IMG/VR virus record: IMGVR_UViG_3300027571_000004
Location: 1 to 64,000 of that record
Length of the DNA stretch: 64,000 nt
Source: a virus
Taxonomy: Duplodnaviria; Caudoviricetes
Strand: one strand, 5' to 3'
The notes beneath the pieces are model-generated. The model did not search any database and was not told the origin of the DNA. It saw only the letters and a program-made list of their open reading frames with translations. The translations under genes and the position numbers were made by a program. This document shows, piece after piece, positions 56,701 through 64,000 of the stretch. Every line of letters begins with the position of its first letter. Position 1 is the first letter of the stretch.

Positions 56701-58217
56701 CTTCTGCTTTAGTCATGACTGGACCAGGGTTTACAAGTACAGAAAAGCCTAGAGATTTTGTTTCTTATGTTTATAAAAAATTAACAGATAAGTTTACTCA
56801 TTTTGGAACCAGAATTAGAATAGTTGGAAAAATTGAGAATGACGCATCTCGTGGACAAACCCCAGTAGGATCTACAGCATATTTTGTAATCCCAGGAACA
56901 ACTCCAGACAAAGATATTAGTATCATTGGCGGTAGTGGTGGAATGGCAGTAATGATTAATCCAGAATCAAATAGTGGATATTATTTTGAAATTGTAGCCC
57001 TTGGTTCAAGTTCTTTGACTAGTGAAGAACAACAGAATGTAAACAACTTGCTATTCTATAAAGTAGGGCAATCAGGCACAGACGCTGTTCCAACTATTCT
57101 TTGGCAAGGACTTGCAAATGTTATTGTTGATGATGGAAAGTTTACTGGTCAATATAGAATGGTTACTGAAGAAAATCCAACAGTCTATGATCTTGCTGTA
57201 GAGTATCAAGATATTGGAAGTTTTAGAAAGTTCTTCTTGTATGTAAACAACAACTTGGTAGCCACGGCTATTGACGAAAACCCTATTAAAGCATACAATA
57301 ATATGGCATTATTTACTCGTGGATCTTCCAGGGTAATGTTTGAAAACATCTATGCTATTACTAATAACTATAGTCAAAACACTGCTTTTGCCGTTAATAC
57401 CCCAATCAATTCTATTTTTGGAGACACAGAAATAAACGTAAGTGAGTCTTTGAGAAAATATGCAATGAGTGGAGCAATCCAATCTACCTATCTTTCTGGA
57501 ATAAGTTCTTCATCCCCACCCTCATATAATATATACTTTGAAGAGTTTGGCAGTATAATGAGAGAGGCAGCATCGTTTAATGTTAAATATGATAAAGCCT
57601 ACCCAGCGCTTTACGCAAAGATGTCACCAACTTTTAATTCTATAAAAGGGTATACGGTTTCAGGATTTAGAGCAGGTTCGTATGGGGCAGAGTTTATGGT
57701 ATTCAACGCAACCGACACCGCTTTAAGCCTAGATGAAACAACGGGTAACTATTTAAGAATTCAAGGAATAACGTTTACACAGCAATCAAATAATGATTTA
57801 ACTGTTGACGAGTATTTTTCAAAGAACTCTGACTTTACTGATCCACAATTTGTTGGCTCAACGCTAGTGTCTTCTCCGTTTAAAATAAAGAAAGACTACG
57901 AAGACATTAAACTAAGCAGACTAACCTACGGAGTAAAAGACTTTGCTCTAACCGTCCCTTACCTTCAAACAGCAGACGATGCAAACGATCTTATGAAGTG
58001 GATGGTTTCAAAGGTAATGAAACCAAGGAAGTCAGTCGGAATAAAGATTTTTTCTAACCCTACTATTCAATTAGGAGATATTGTTAATATAGACTACTTT
58101 GAAAATGGAATAGACAAGGTTGATTCAAAAGATAAACGCTTTGTAGTGTATAATATAGATTATTCAAAAAGTTTGCAGGGACCAAGCATGACCATTTACG
58201 TAAGTGAGGTAGCCTAA
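53739..58217 (+). CDS. tail tip/baseplate hub protein
   Basis: Position; FFDEY and NPTIQLGDIV motifs; TAATG-coupled start reset. Confidence 0.7.
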   Translation: MFQNEELKNHLETSSVVSTQTAVIAEWNMNIPTNIFTIGNYRYRPTSTKPSDVKYTSLPNTFDANDDGNFYKGATDADVLIDGGFTDAGAPTTLTVLKDRVKMLYSLEDCFRPFRPRSGINKARYIPGSYIHSPNANMARRPRYYLSDKNDKFKYWSSYRTEGTSTYGISSNNIVSGRYIIEDAVPFVVYNEKIPTNRLVIKMQTNVGDIDLGTSDPLYGDNNRTVPNKWKVQSLKDNNWVDLFSFNEGTKRSDGTNVIKHDGYVELSYGLIVPSKYKDMFIYAETLLSETLKPIKAVHGYAYLIKSSVSDIGVFHIWNKDKWELFTPVYGWQLEEETVDRLTNFVTDLTSPIAYTLAADGTQKYREFEYLKGVRIVVDNMVKANSSFDLIEISPRLTVNLTDKVTDISVKKSASDLGTSGMPVGQLLASTGSLSLFDYDDSFNPNNSSSIINNYITRNLQIKIYDIIVNVDGYDYFVPIKTMYSEGFPTLDNKTKRVELSLRDLYFYFESTLAPQTLSTGVSLSSAVSMLLDSIGFSNYAFKRVAGETEITIPYFHIPPETSIAQVLQDLAVSSQTAMFFDEYNNFIMMSKNYMMPTELQRATDITLYGSADSEDTGVVRNSQTKPKLANIAEITTQDNQLYNSGKITYSSKYIQRSLGSIKQASLIDNEQSWIYKPVLLWEVSGESNTKSVNGEVGNQSTYVLSAIPLNSDLSDTKPFVSNNQIKNNVMDFGEGVYWITRYNGYFYANGEIIKYDAVEYSVPGVGNVWINNVQEYEYYFAKLPFNGKIYPTGLVRIYSEPNYEEVQGVLRLKNGEVSKHGRGQFGTTPVYHVAGLNPYWADNANVRGCTMRSEFLFNPLRTTTLTNVNSTGSTLTVSSTSSISVGQQLTMLSGTGKLSTIQKTLVIAKPTETTLLVSPAPTTALLDATIYFETLVPTTIDAPAGINNTLAQQTTRNGIIKNFFASNYIEDSKVRAMLSTQSGTLQSSALVMTGPGFTSTEKPRDFVSYVYKKLTDKFTHFGTRIRIVGKIENDASRGQTPVGSTAYFVIPGTTPDKDISIIGGSGGMAVMINPESNSGYYFEIVALGSSSLTSEEQQNVNNLLFYKVGQSGTDAVPTILWQGLANVIVDDGKFTGQYRMVTEENPTVYDLAVEYQDIGSFRKFFLYVNNNLVATAIDENPIKAYNNMALFTRGSSRVMFENIYAITNNYSQNTAFAVNTPINSIFGDTEINVSESLRKYAMSGAIQSTYLSGISSSSPPSYNIYFEEFGSIMREAASFNVKYDKAYPALYAKMSPTFNSIKGYTVSGFRAGSYGAEFMVFNATDTALSLDETTGNYLRIQGITFTQQSNNDLTVDEYFSKNSDFTDPQFVGSTLVSSPFKIKKDYEDIKLSRLTYGVKDFALTVPYLQTADDANDLMKWMVSKVMKPRKSVGIKIFSNPTIQLGDIVNIDYFENGIDKVDSKDKRFVVYNIDYSKSLQGPSMTIYVSEVA

Positions 58218-58750
58218 TGGCAACTGACGCAACACCAAACTCTTTTGCTATGAGTGCAACCGAGCAAGCATTAGCACAAGCAGCAATAAAAATAGCCACA
58301 CCAGCCCTGGTAGCATTAGGCAGTCCAACTCTAAACATAGAGTACATGACAGACCTAATCTTTGAAGACATTGGTGGACAAGAACTAATTAATATCTCAA
58401 GAGGAGATATTATTAATGGTCAAAATATCATGTACCAGCCAATTAAAAATTTGACAAATATTCTGTTCCAATATAATCCACAGAATATATTAAAACTACA
58501 GGATACTTCAGCAACATACTTTAAGAATTTTCCAATAAGACTTGAAACCAAGATCCCCAATTGTGGAACTGGGTTTGCATATGTAAGTGGACAGAGGGTT
58601 GACAACTGCAAGATAGTTTATATGGACAAAGATCCAAACTCAATCACTTATGGAAGCATTATTATAGACTTAATCAATCTTCAATCAGATGAACAGGTAG
58701 AAGTGCAGGTGTTGTCTTCAGGGGCAATACTTAGTGATACAATATACTAG
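58217..58750 (+). CDS. tail-associated protein
   Basis: ORF track; operon context. Confidence 0.55.
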   Translation: MATDATPNSFAMSATEQALAQAAIKIATPALVALGSPTLNIEYMTDLIFEDIGGQELINISRGDIINGQNIMYQPIKNLTNILFQYNPQNILKLQDTSATYFKNFPIRLETKIPNCGTGFAYVSGQRVDNCKIVYMDKDPNSITYGSIIIDLINLQSDEQVEVQVLSSGAILSDTIY

Positions 58751-58759
58751 GGGAAAAAT

Positions 58760-60208
58760 ATGATAACTAACACTGGCAAAAGCATTATAGCAAAATACCT
58801 TGTGGGGCAGGCACCAGCCTATGCTTCTTACATTGCCATTGGCTGTGGGCCAATACCAATTAACTCAAATGCTACTCTGGGAGACTATTCTTCAAAAACT
58901 TCATTAGACTTTGAAATGTTTAGAGTTCCAATAACTTCACGAGGTTTTATCAATGAAGATGGAGTAAATAAAATTGTATTGACAGCAGAACTACCCACAG
59001 AAGAAAGGTATGAAATTTCTGAGGTAGGACTATATTCTGCTGGATCAAACCCTTCAGTTGGAGCATATGACAGCAAGACTGTCTATATATTTAATGATTC
59101 TGAAGGTTGGGAATATCACCCACAGAACAGTACGCCATCAACCATCTCTTCTATATTTGTTCCAATCGGAGGGGAGAGTGGATTAATCTCTGGAGAATAT
59201 CCAATAAACACAACAACAAGAGCGTACGATTCTAACGGAACATTAACAAAACTACCCGTGTTTAAAACAAGCGCAGACAATAAAACTTTTACTGATGAGG
59301 TAAGAATTAACAGATATGAAAGATCTAGATTTTTAAATAGCGTAATTCTTATTCAAGGAGATAACTCAGGACTATCTGTTGAAGTAGATGGAGGAATTAA
59401 AAGACTTAAGGTTCAGTCACAGTCAAACCACATTCACTTAACTGGAGCAAATTTAGACTTTAGCAAGAACGCCCCTTCAGATGAATTAAAACTAGCATTT
59501 TCTATAATAAGCAAAAGTCAACTAGTATCAGCACCAGCCCCAGATCGTGTTAGAATACTTTTTGAGTTTGCATCAAGTGATATTCATGGTGCAGGACAAT
59601 GGGCAAGGTTTGAAGTAGACGTTGACGATACAGCCTTTGCAGCAACTAATCCAACAGAGGCATCAACAACTACTCATAACTTTACAACTAGCAGATATAT
59701 TACAGTTGCTAAGCAACTACAAGATTTAAGAAAAAGTTCTGGGTTTACTTGGGCCGAAGTCGATGTAGCAAAAGTTTATGTTTCTGTAATAAAAGGAACT
59801 GCTCTAGTTAGCAATAAAGCAGCAACTTCTACAACTGTAACTCTAACAACATCCGCAACACACGGATTTAGTGTTGGTGATCAGATACTTGTTAATGGAT
59901 TAGGAAACTCTGCAAGGTTTGACGGATTGTTTTCAATTACTGAAGTTACACCTACTACTATCAAATATTTTAAAACAGGCTCAGTTGTTGCCTCAACTGC
60001 GGTTTCTCCAACAATAAGGATTGAATCTCCAAGTGATGACTACTATGTTGCTTTAGATGCATTTAGATTAGATAATAAATCACAAGCAAACCCCCTATAT
60101 GGACTTACTGGATATTCTGTTATAAAAAACACTGGGGCAAGAACAATAGTTAAAGATGCAAATACAACTAATTATGTTGAATTTAGATTTGGCATGGATG
60201 TAGTCTAA
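58760..60208 (+). CDS. tail fibre-anchor/baseplate protein
   Basis: MITNTGK..IA....IAIG.G..L..E..R...ISEVGLY N-terminal pattern; THGFSVGD.I.V.G beta-barrel insert. Confidence 0.6.
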   Translation: MITNTGKSIIAKYLVGQAPAYASYIAIGCGPIPINSNATLGDYSSKTSLDFEMFRVPITSRGFINEDGVNKIVLTAELPTEERYEISEVGLYSAGSNPSVGAYDSKTVYIFNDSEGWEYHPQNSTPSTISSIFVPIGGESGLISGEYPINTTTRAYDSNGTLTKLPVFKTSADNKTFTDEVRINRYERSRFLNSVILIQGDNSGLSVEVDGGIKRLKVQSQSNHIHLTGANLDFSKNAPSDELKLAFSIISKSQLVSAPAPDRVRILFEFASSDIHGAGQWARFEVDVDDTAFAATNPTEASTTTHNFTTSRYITVAKQLQDLRKSSGFTWAEVDVAKVYVSVIKGTALVSNKAATSTTVTLTTSATHGFSVGDQILVNGLGNSARFDGLFSITEVTPTTIKYFKTGSVVASTAVSPTIRIESPSDDYYVALDAFRLDNKSQANPLYGLTGYSVIKNTGARTIVKDANTTNYVEFRFGMDVV

Positions 60209-60651
60209 TGGCAGACAGTGGCATCAAGAAAGCAATTATTTCAAAGGAAAAATTAGGAACAGTAATCGCGTCCAACGAATATGTTGTTCGATATAGAGTT
60301 GTTTCAGAAGATAAAAATAGGGCATCTCATTGGTCCCAAAACCATATTGTGCTTTCCACACCTATTGAGACTGTTCTTGGAAATGTAAGCATCTCAAAAG
60401 AGAGCGTAAGCGTAACCTGGCAAAACCCAATACAAAGACCAGAATTTGATGTTTTTGTAGGTTTCAATAATGTTAGCCCAACATGGCATGGATCAACATT
60501 AACAAACACTTATCAGTTTATCAAAACAGGAACCCTGCCAGTAAGAGTCATAGTTCAGATAAAGTATACTGGCAATCTTAATAATGGTATATTCTCTAAA
60601 GAACTAAACTCTGATTTAGCGGTATATGATTCTGGACAGGTTCTGGTATAA
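60208..60651 (+). CDS. tail-associated Ig-like protein
   Basis: YVVRYRVVSED.NR.S.WS motif. Confidence 0.55.
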   Translation: MADSGIKKAIISKEKLGTVIASNEYVVRYRVVSEDKNRASHWSQNHIVLSTPIETVLGNVSISKESVSVTWQNPIQRPEFDVFVGFNNVSPTWHGSTLTNTYQFIKTGTLPVRVIVQIKYTGNLNNGIFSKELNSDLAVYDSGQVLV

Positions 60652-60661
60652 TAGAATAACC

Positions 60662-61099
60662 ATGTCAATCATCCCATTACCAGAACGAGGCCAACCACTA
60701 GATGTGACCTACATCTATCAACTTGCTAGTGCAGTAAATCAGTTAGCAACAACTACTCCTGCTACAGATAAGCGTGTTCACATTAATATAGGCGGTAGTG
60801 TAGACAATAAAAACATTAATGATTTAAGGATTGTGGCTTCCGAAGTTACAATTGCAAAGCAGACAACTACAGCAGGGGAAGAGTTCACATTTCCTATCCC
60901 CTACCCATTTGAATTTAGACATAGACCAATCATAACTGCAACACCAGTAAACGTTAGAAATACTCCAGCAGGTAAAAATGTAACAGTTGTTCTTAATGAT
61001 ATAACTACATCTTCTGCTCAAGGAACTGTGCGATTTGGCACAAGCGGAGACCTATCTGTTGCCGTTCACATTCTTATAATGGGCATACCAAATCAATGA
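60662..61099 (+). CDS. minor tail protein (small beta-sandwich, H-type lectin-like pattern)
   Basis: F...F...P.ITAT...IT.....V....MG; start reset after TGGTATAAT. Confidence 0.5.
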   Translation: MSIIPLPERGQPLDVTYIYQLASAVNQLATTTPATDKRVHINIGGSVDNKNINDLRIVASEVTIAKQTTTAGEEFTFPIPYPFEFRHRPIITATPVNVRNTPAGKNVTVVLNDITTSSAQGTVRFGTSGDLSVAVHILIMGIPNQ

Positions 61100-61287
61100 T
61101 CAAGTGTATAAAATGCAGGTCCAGAATGTTTATTGATCGTCAATATAGTTCTGCTATGCACCTAGAAATGTATTGTTTGTATTGTGGATCAAGAAGATTT
61201 TTTAATCCACCTCAAAGTACTGCGGAGGGTAGATGGCTACTAAAAAAGGAACAATTGAGAGCGAAGGCTACAATCTCCTCCCTATAA
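61096..61287 (+). CDS. Zn-ribbon protein
   Basis: CIKC...CLYCG. Confidence 0.6.
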   Translation: MIKCIKCRSRMFIDRQYSSAMHLEMYCLYCGSRRFFNPPQSTAEGRWLLKKEQLRAKATISSL

Positions 61288-61775
61288 TTCCAGGGAATAA
61301 AAAAGTTTGGTTTTTAAATGGTAGTCTTGTTAGAATCCATCACTTAAATAAATCTAACGGAATAATGTCTGTTTATAATATTACTAATGATCAAATTGAA
61401 AGTTGTTTAATTAGTGATTTTAAAAATAAAAGAGAACGAGCATACACCGTAGGGCAGACTGCTGATTTAGTTAATCGTCACAAAAAGTATATGCCATCAC
61501 TAATGAAACGAGGAGTCATCCCATTTCCAACGGGATCTCAAAAGGGTGGGGCTAGAGGATTTCAAATAAGATCATACTATTCAGAATCACAGGTAAGAGC
61601 CATACGTGATATACTTGCTTCATACCATATTGGTAGACCAAGAAAAGATAAATTAATAACAAATGATATTACGCCTAGCAAACAAGAGTTGACACGTAGA
61701 ATGGGCGATGGTATACTTACATATACGAGAACTGAAGATGGTCGATTCATTCCAATCTGGTCTGAATCTATTTAA
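61233..61775 (+). CDS. MerR-like HTH DNA-binding protein
   Basis: AYTVGQTADLVNRH....L..RGVIP...RSYYSESQV. Confidence 0.6.
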   Translation: MATKKGTIESEGYNLLPIIPGNKKVWFLNGSLVRIHHLNKSNGIMSVYNITNDQIESCLISDFKNKRERAYTVGQTADLVNRHKKYMPSLMKRGVIPFPTGSQKGGARGFQIRSYYSESQVRAIRDILASYHIGRPRKDKLITNDITPSKQELTRRMGDGILTYTRTEDGRFIPIWSESI

Positions 61776-61783
61776 CGAAGGGT

Positions 61784-61996
61784 ATGAAGATGGAAAATGA
61801 TTTAACTAAGGTATCTGTAACACTGGGGTACACACTTAACCTAGGAAACTTTCAATCACTAAGACTTGATCTTGGTATTGTAGATTCTAAGCGTGGTGAC
61901 GAAAGCACAAACGATGCGTTTGAGCGTGTTTATAAATTTGTTGAAGATAAACTTGCTGAAAAGATTAACGAAGCAAAGTCTGAAATCAACGAGTAA
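61784..61996 (+). CDS. phage protein (TLNLGNFQSLRLD type)
   Basis: ORF track; this motif recurs in phage replication regions. Confidence 0.7.
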   Translation: MKMENDLTKVSVTLGYTLNLGNFQSLRLDLGIVDSKRGDESTNDAFERVYKFVEDKLAEKINEAKSEINE

Positions 61997-62304
61997 TGGC
62001 CGAACGCAAAGACCGAATGGCTTTGCTTTCACGCTACAGTAAACACCATACTGCAAAGTATGAGCAAAAGCCATCACTAAATTTAAATGTAGAACAATGG
62101 GCAGCAGATGCCCTTATAGAGTCCTACGGCATGCCAATGCTGTATGATTTGCTAGAGCACTATTTTAATGTAGCACAGACACCTACTTGGAATTATTTTG
62201 CATACAATGCAGAAAAAATATTGCAGGCACAAAGAGATAAACAACAAGATGACAAAGAGAGAGCAGAGCGTAGACGAATGGCAAAGGAGTGGCTAAGTGA
62301 ATAA
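61996..62304 (+). CDS. hypothetical protein preceding the helicase
   Basis: ORF track; coupled on both sides. Confidence 0.7.
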   Translation: MAERKDRMALLSRYSKHHTAKYEQKPSLNLNVEQWAADALIESYGMPMLYDLLEHYFNVAQTPTWNYFAYNAEKILQAQRDKQQDDKERAERRRMAKEWLSE

Positions 62305-63520
62305 TACAGAAGCAAAATTAATCTCTGCAGTCCTTAACGATAAGCAGGTTCACGTTCTTCTCCAAGCAAATGTGGATAACTTACTAAGAACCCACAACGA
62401 TGTTTGGAACTTTATAAGAAACTATTTTGAGCATAATAAGTCTATTCCACCACTCGATCTTGTTGTAGACAAGTTTAGAGATTTTCAACCCATTGATGGA
62501 GTCGGTGCAACAAAACATCATCTTGAAGAGTTACAGTCAGAGTACCTCACTGATAGCCTAAAAGATATTATCCGAACTGCAGCAACCGAGATTCAGACTG
62601 GTAATGGTGGGGAGGCTCTTGACCAACTCATTACTAAGACATCTGAGTTAAAGAAAAACACTTCAGCAATCCGTGATATTGATGTAACTGATCTTCAGTC
62701 CGCAATAGCGTACTTTGAAAATTTAAAAGAGCAACAGGCTCTAGGTCATGTTGGAATTAAAACCAACCTACCAGGATTTGATAACTACCTACCCTCTGGA
62801 ATTATGCCAGGGCAGTTAGGAGTCTTCTTAGCATACCCAGGTATAGGAAAGTCATGGATGGCTCTATACTTCGCTGTACAGGCCTGGAAACAGGGTAAGA
62901 CACCCCTTGTAATCTCCCTTGAGATGTCAGAGACAGAAGTTCGTAACCGTGTATTTACAATCATGGGTGAAGGCTTGTGGTCTCATAGAAAACTCAGTAA
63001 TGGTGAGATTGAAGTGGAAACCCTAAAGATGTGGCATGCTAAACATCTACAAGGTAAGCCAGAGTTTCACATTATTTCAAATGACCAAGGTGGCGAGATT
63101 AACCCCTCAGTCCTTCGTGGAAAGATTGATCAGTACAAGCCAGACTTTGTAATCGTTGACTACCTTCAGTTGATGGCTCCCAATCAGAAGTCAGATAATG
63201 AAACGGTACGAATGAAGAACCTTTCAAGAGAACTTAAACTAATGGCTATTGGCGAAGAGGTTCCTATTATTGCTATCTCCTCTGCCACACCAGATGATGT
63301 TAATGATCTTAGTGGGGTTCCTACTCTTGGTCAGACTGCTTGGTCTAGACAGATTGCTTATGATGCTGACTGGGTTATTGCCCTAGGCCGTGCAACAAAT
63401 AGTGATATCATTGAATGTGCTTTCCGTAAAAACCGTAATGGTTTTATGGGAGACTTTCTAGTCCAAGTCGATTTTGACAAGGGATACTACAGATATAAAG
63501 ACTTTGAGGATAAAAATTGA
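62297..63520 (+). CDS. dnaB: DnaB-like replicative helicase
   Basis: AYPGIGKS (Walker A), SLEM, IVDYLQLM, DAD, KNRNG. Confidence 0.92.
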   Translation: MNNTEAKLISAVLNDKQVHVLLQANVDNLLRTHNDVWNFIRNYFEHNKSIPPLDLVVDKFRDFQPIDGVGATKHHLEELQSEYLTDSLKDIIRTAATEIQTGNGGEALDQLITKTSELKKNTSAIRDIDVTDLQSAIAYFENLKEQQALGHVGIKTNLPGFDNYLPSGIMPGQLGVFLAYPGIGKSWMALYFAVQAWKQGKTPLVISLEMSETEVRNRVFTIMGEGLWSHRKLSNGEIEVETLKMWHAKHLQGKPEFHIISNDQGGEINPSVLRGKIDQYKPDFVIVDYLQLMAPNQKSDNETVRMKNLSRELKLMAIGEEVPIIAISSATPDDVNDLSGVPTLGQTAWSRQIAYDADWVIALGRATNSDIIECAFRKNRNGFMGDFLVQVDFDKGYYRYKDFEDKN

Positions 63521-63541
63521 CATAAGTAGTTATAATATGAT

Positions 63542-63868
63542 GTGCCTAATTATCACCATAAGCCAATTAAGAAGTTCTCTTTAGATGGAGTCATCCATGA
63601 TGAAGCCTCTATTGGAAGATTAAAGATTGAATATATTAGGCTAGTAGTATCAGAAATGAGATTAAATGGATATGTGCCAAGGTTTGACATAGATCCAGAT
63701 TTTACGATAGACTATAATGAAGTAAAGAAAAGTTTTTATTTTGCATTGACAGTACATGGAGTTCACGTAGGGAAAAGGAAAAGCGAATGGATATCAGGAA
63801 TAGACGGCACCAAACCAATCTATATACAAAAGAGCAAATCAAAAGAGTCATTACAGGCTCAGGTCTAA
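63542..63868 (+). CDS. hypothetical protein
   Basis: ORF track; TATAAT 5 nt before GTG. Confidence 0.65.
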   Translation: MPNYHHKPIKKFSLDGVIHDEASIGRLKIEYIRLVVSEMRLNGYVPRFDIDPDFTIDYNEVKKSFYFALTVHGVHVGKRKSEWISGIDGTKPIYIQKSKSKESLQAQV

Positions 63869-64000
63869 CTATTGAGTCAGAGGTCGACTCTGATTATATT
63901 CTTTTTTGCCCATTCCATAATAATAACCGTACGCCTGCAGGAGAAGTAGATAAAAATAACGGAACCTTCTTTTGTTTTTCTTGTCATAAAATTGCAGACC
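63787..64000 (+). CDS. dnaG: DNA primase, N-terminal CHC2 zinc finger (truncated by the window end)
   Basis: Hand-translated MDIRNRR...ILFCPFHNNNRTPA...FFCFSCHK; follows the helicase. Confidence 0.8.
   Translation, partial: MDIRNRRHQTNLYTKEQIKRVITGSGLTIESEVDSDYILFCPFHNNNRTPAGEVDKNNGTFFCFSCHKIAD

Noticed and set aside
1-64000. tRNA genes, terminase, integrase or stop-codon reassignment
   Set aside because: No cloverleaf or such ORFs recognised by eye; long genes read through in the standard code and TAA, TAG and TGA all serve as stops

Overview
AT-rich segment of a large tailed dsDNA phage with a siphovirus-like tail module. The host is probably an actinobacterium; this is inferred from leaderless extended -10 promoters, a PASTA domain, a PNSGSSLKDQV membrane protein and CRP/WhiA-like sites. 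Layout: (1) 1-5.4 kb holds tiny early/accessory ORFs in divergent modules. The intergenic DNA carries 8 TGTGA-N6-TCACA boxes, a DnaA-box pair, a fixed-geometry AAATGTCAG promoter, an exact 20-bp boundary repeat and a G-tract array at the strand switch. (2) 5.7-8.3 kb is a minus-strand operon: DHH-like protein, GT60-type GlcNAc transferase, atypical HPPY methyltransferase. (3) 8.3-27.2 kb holds virion appendage/fibre genes with two parallel cassettes. One ends in a PASTA/FN3 mucin-like Thr-rich protein beside a second GT60 enzyme. The other ends in a protein with mirror-symmetric 13+13 Cys repeats around a Cys knob. (4) Class II ribonucleotide reductase. (5) Portal, protease/scaffold, capsid, neck, tail tube, duplicated tail chaperones, 3408-aa tape measure, tail tip. 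(6) DnaB helicase and the start of a primase. No terminase, tRNA, CRISPR array or integrase was recognised. All family calls come from reading motifs by eye, not from database searches.
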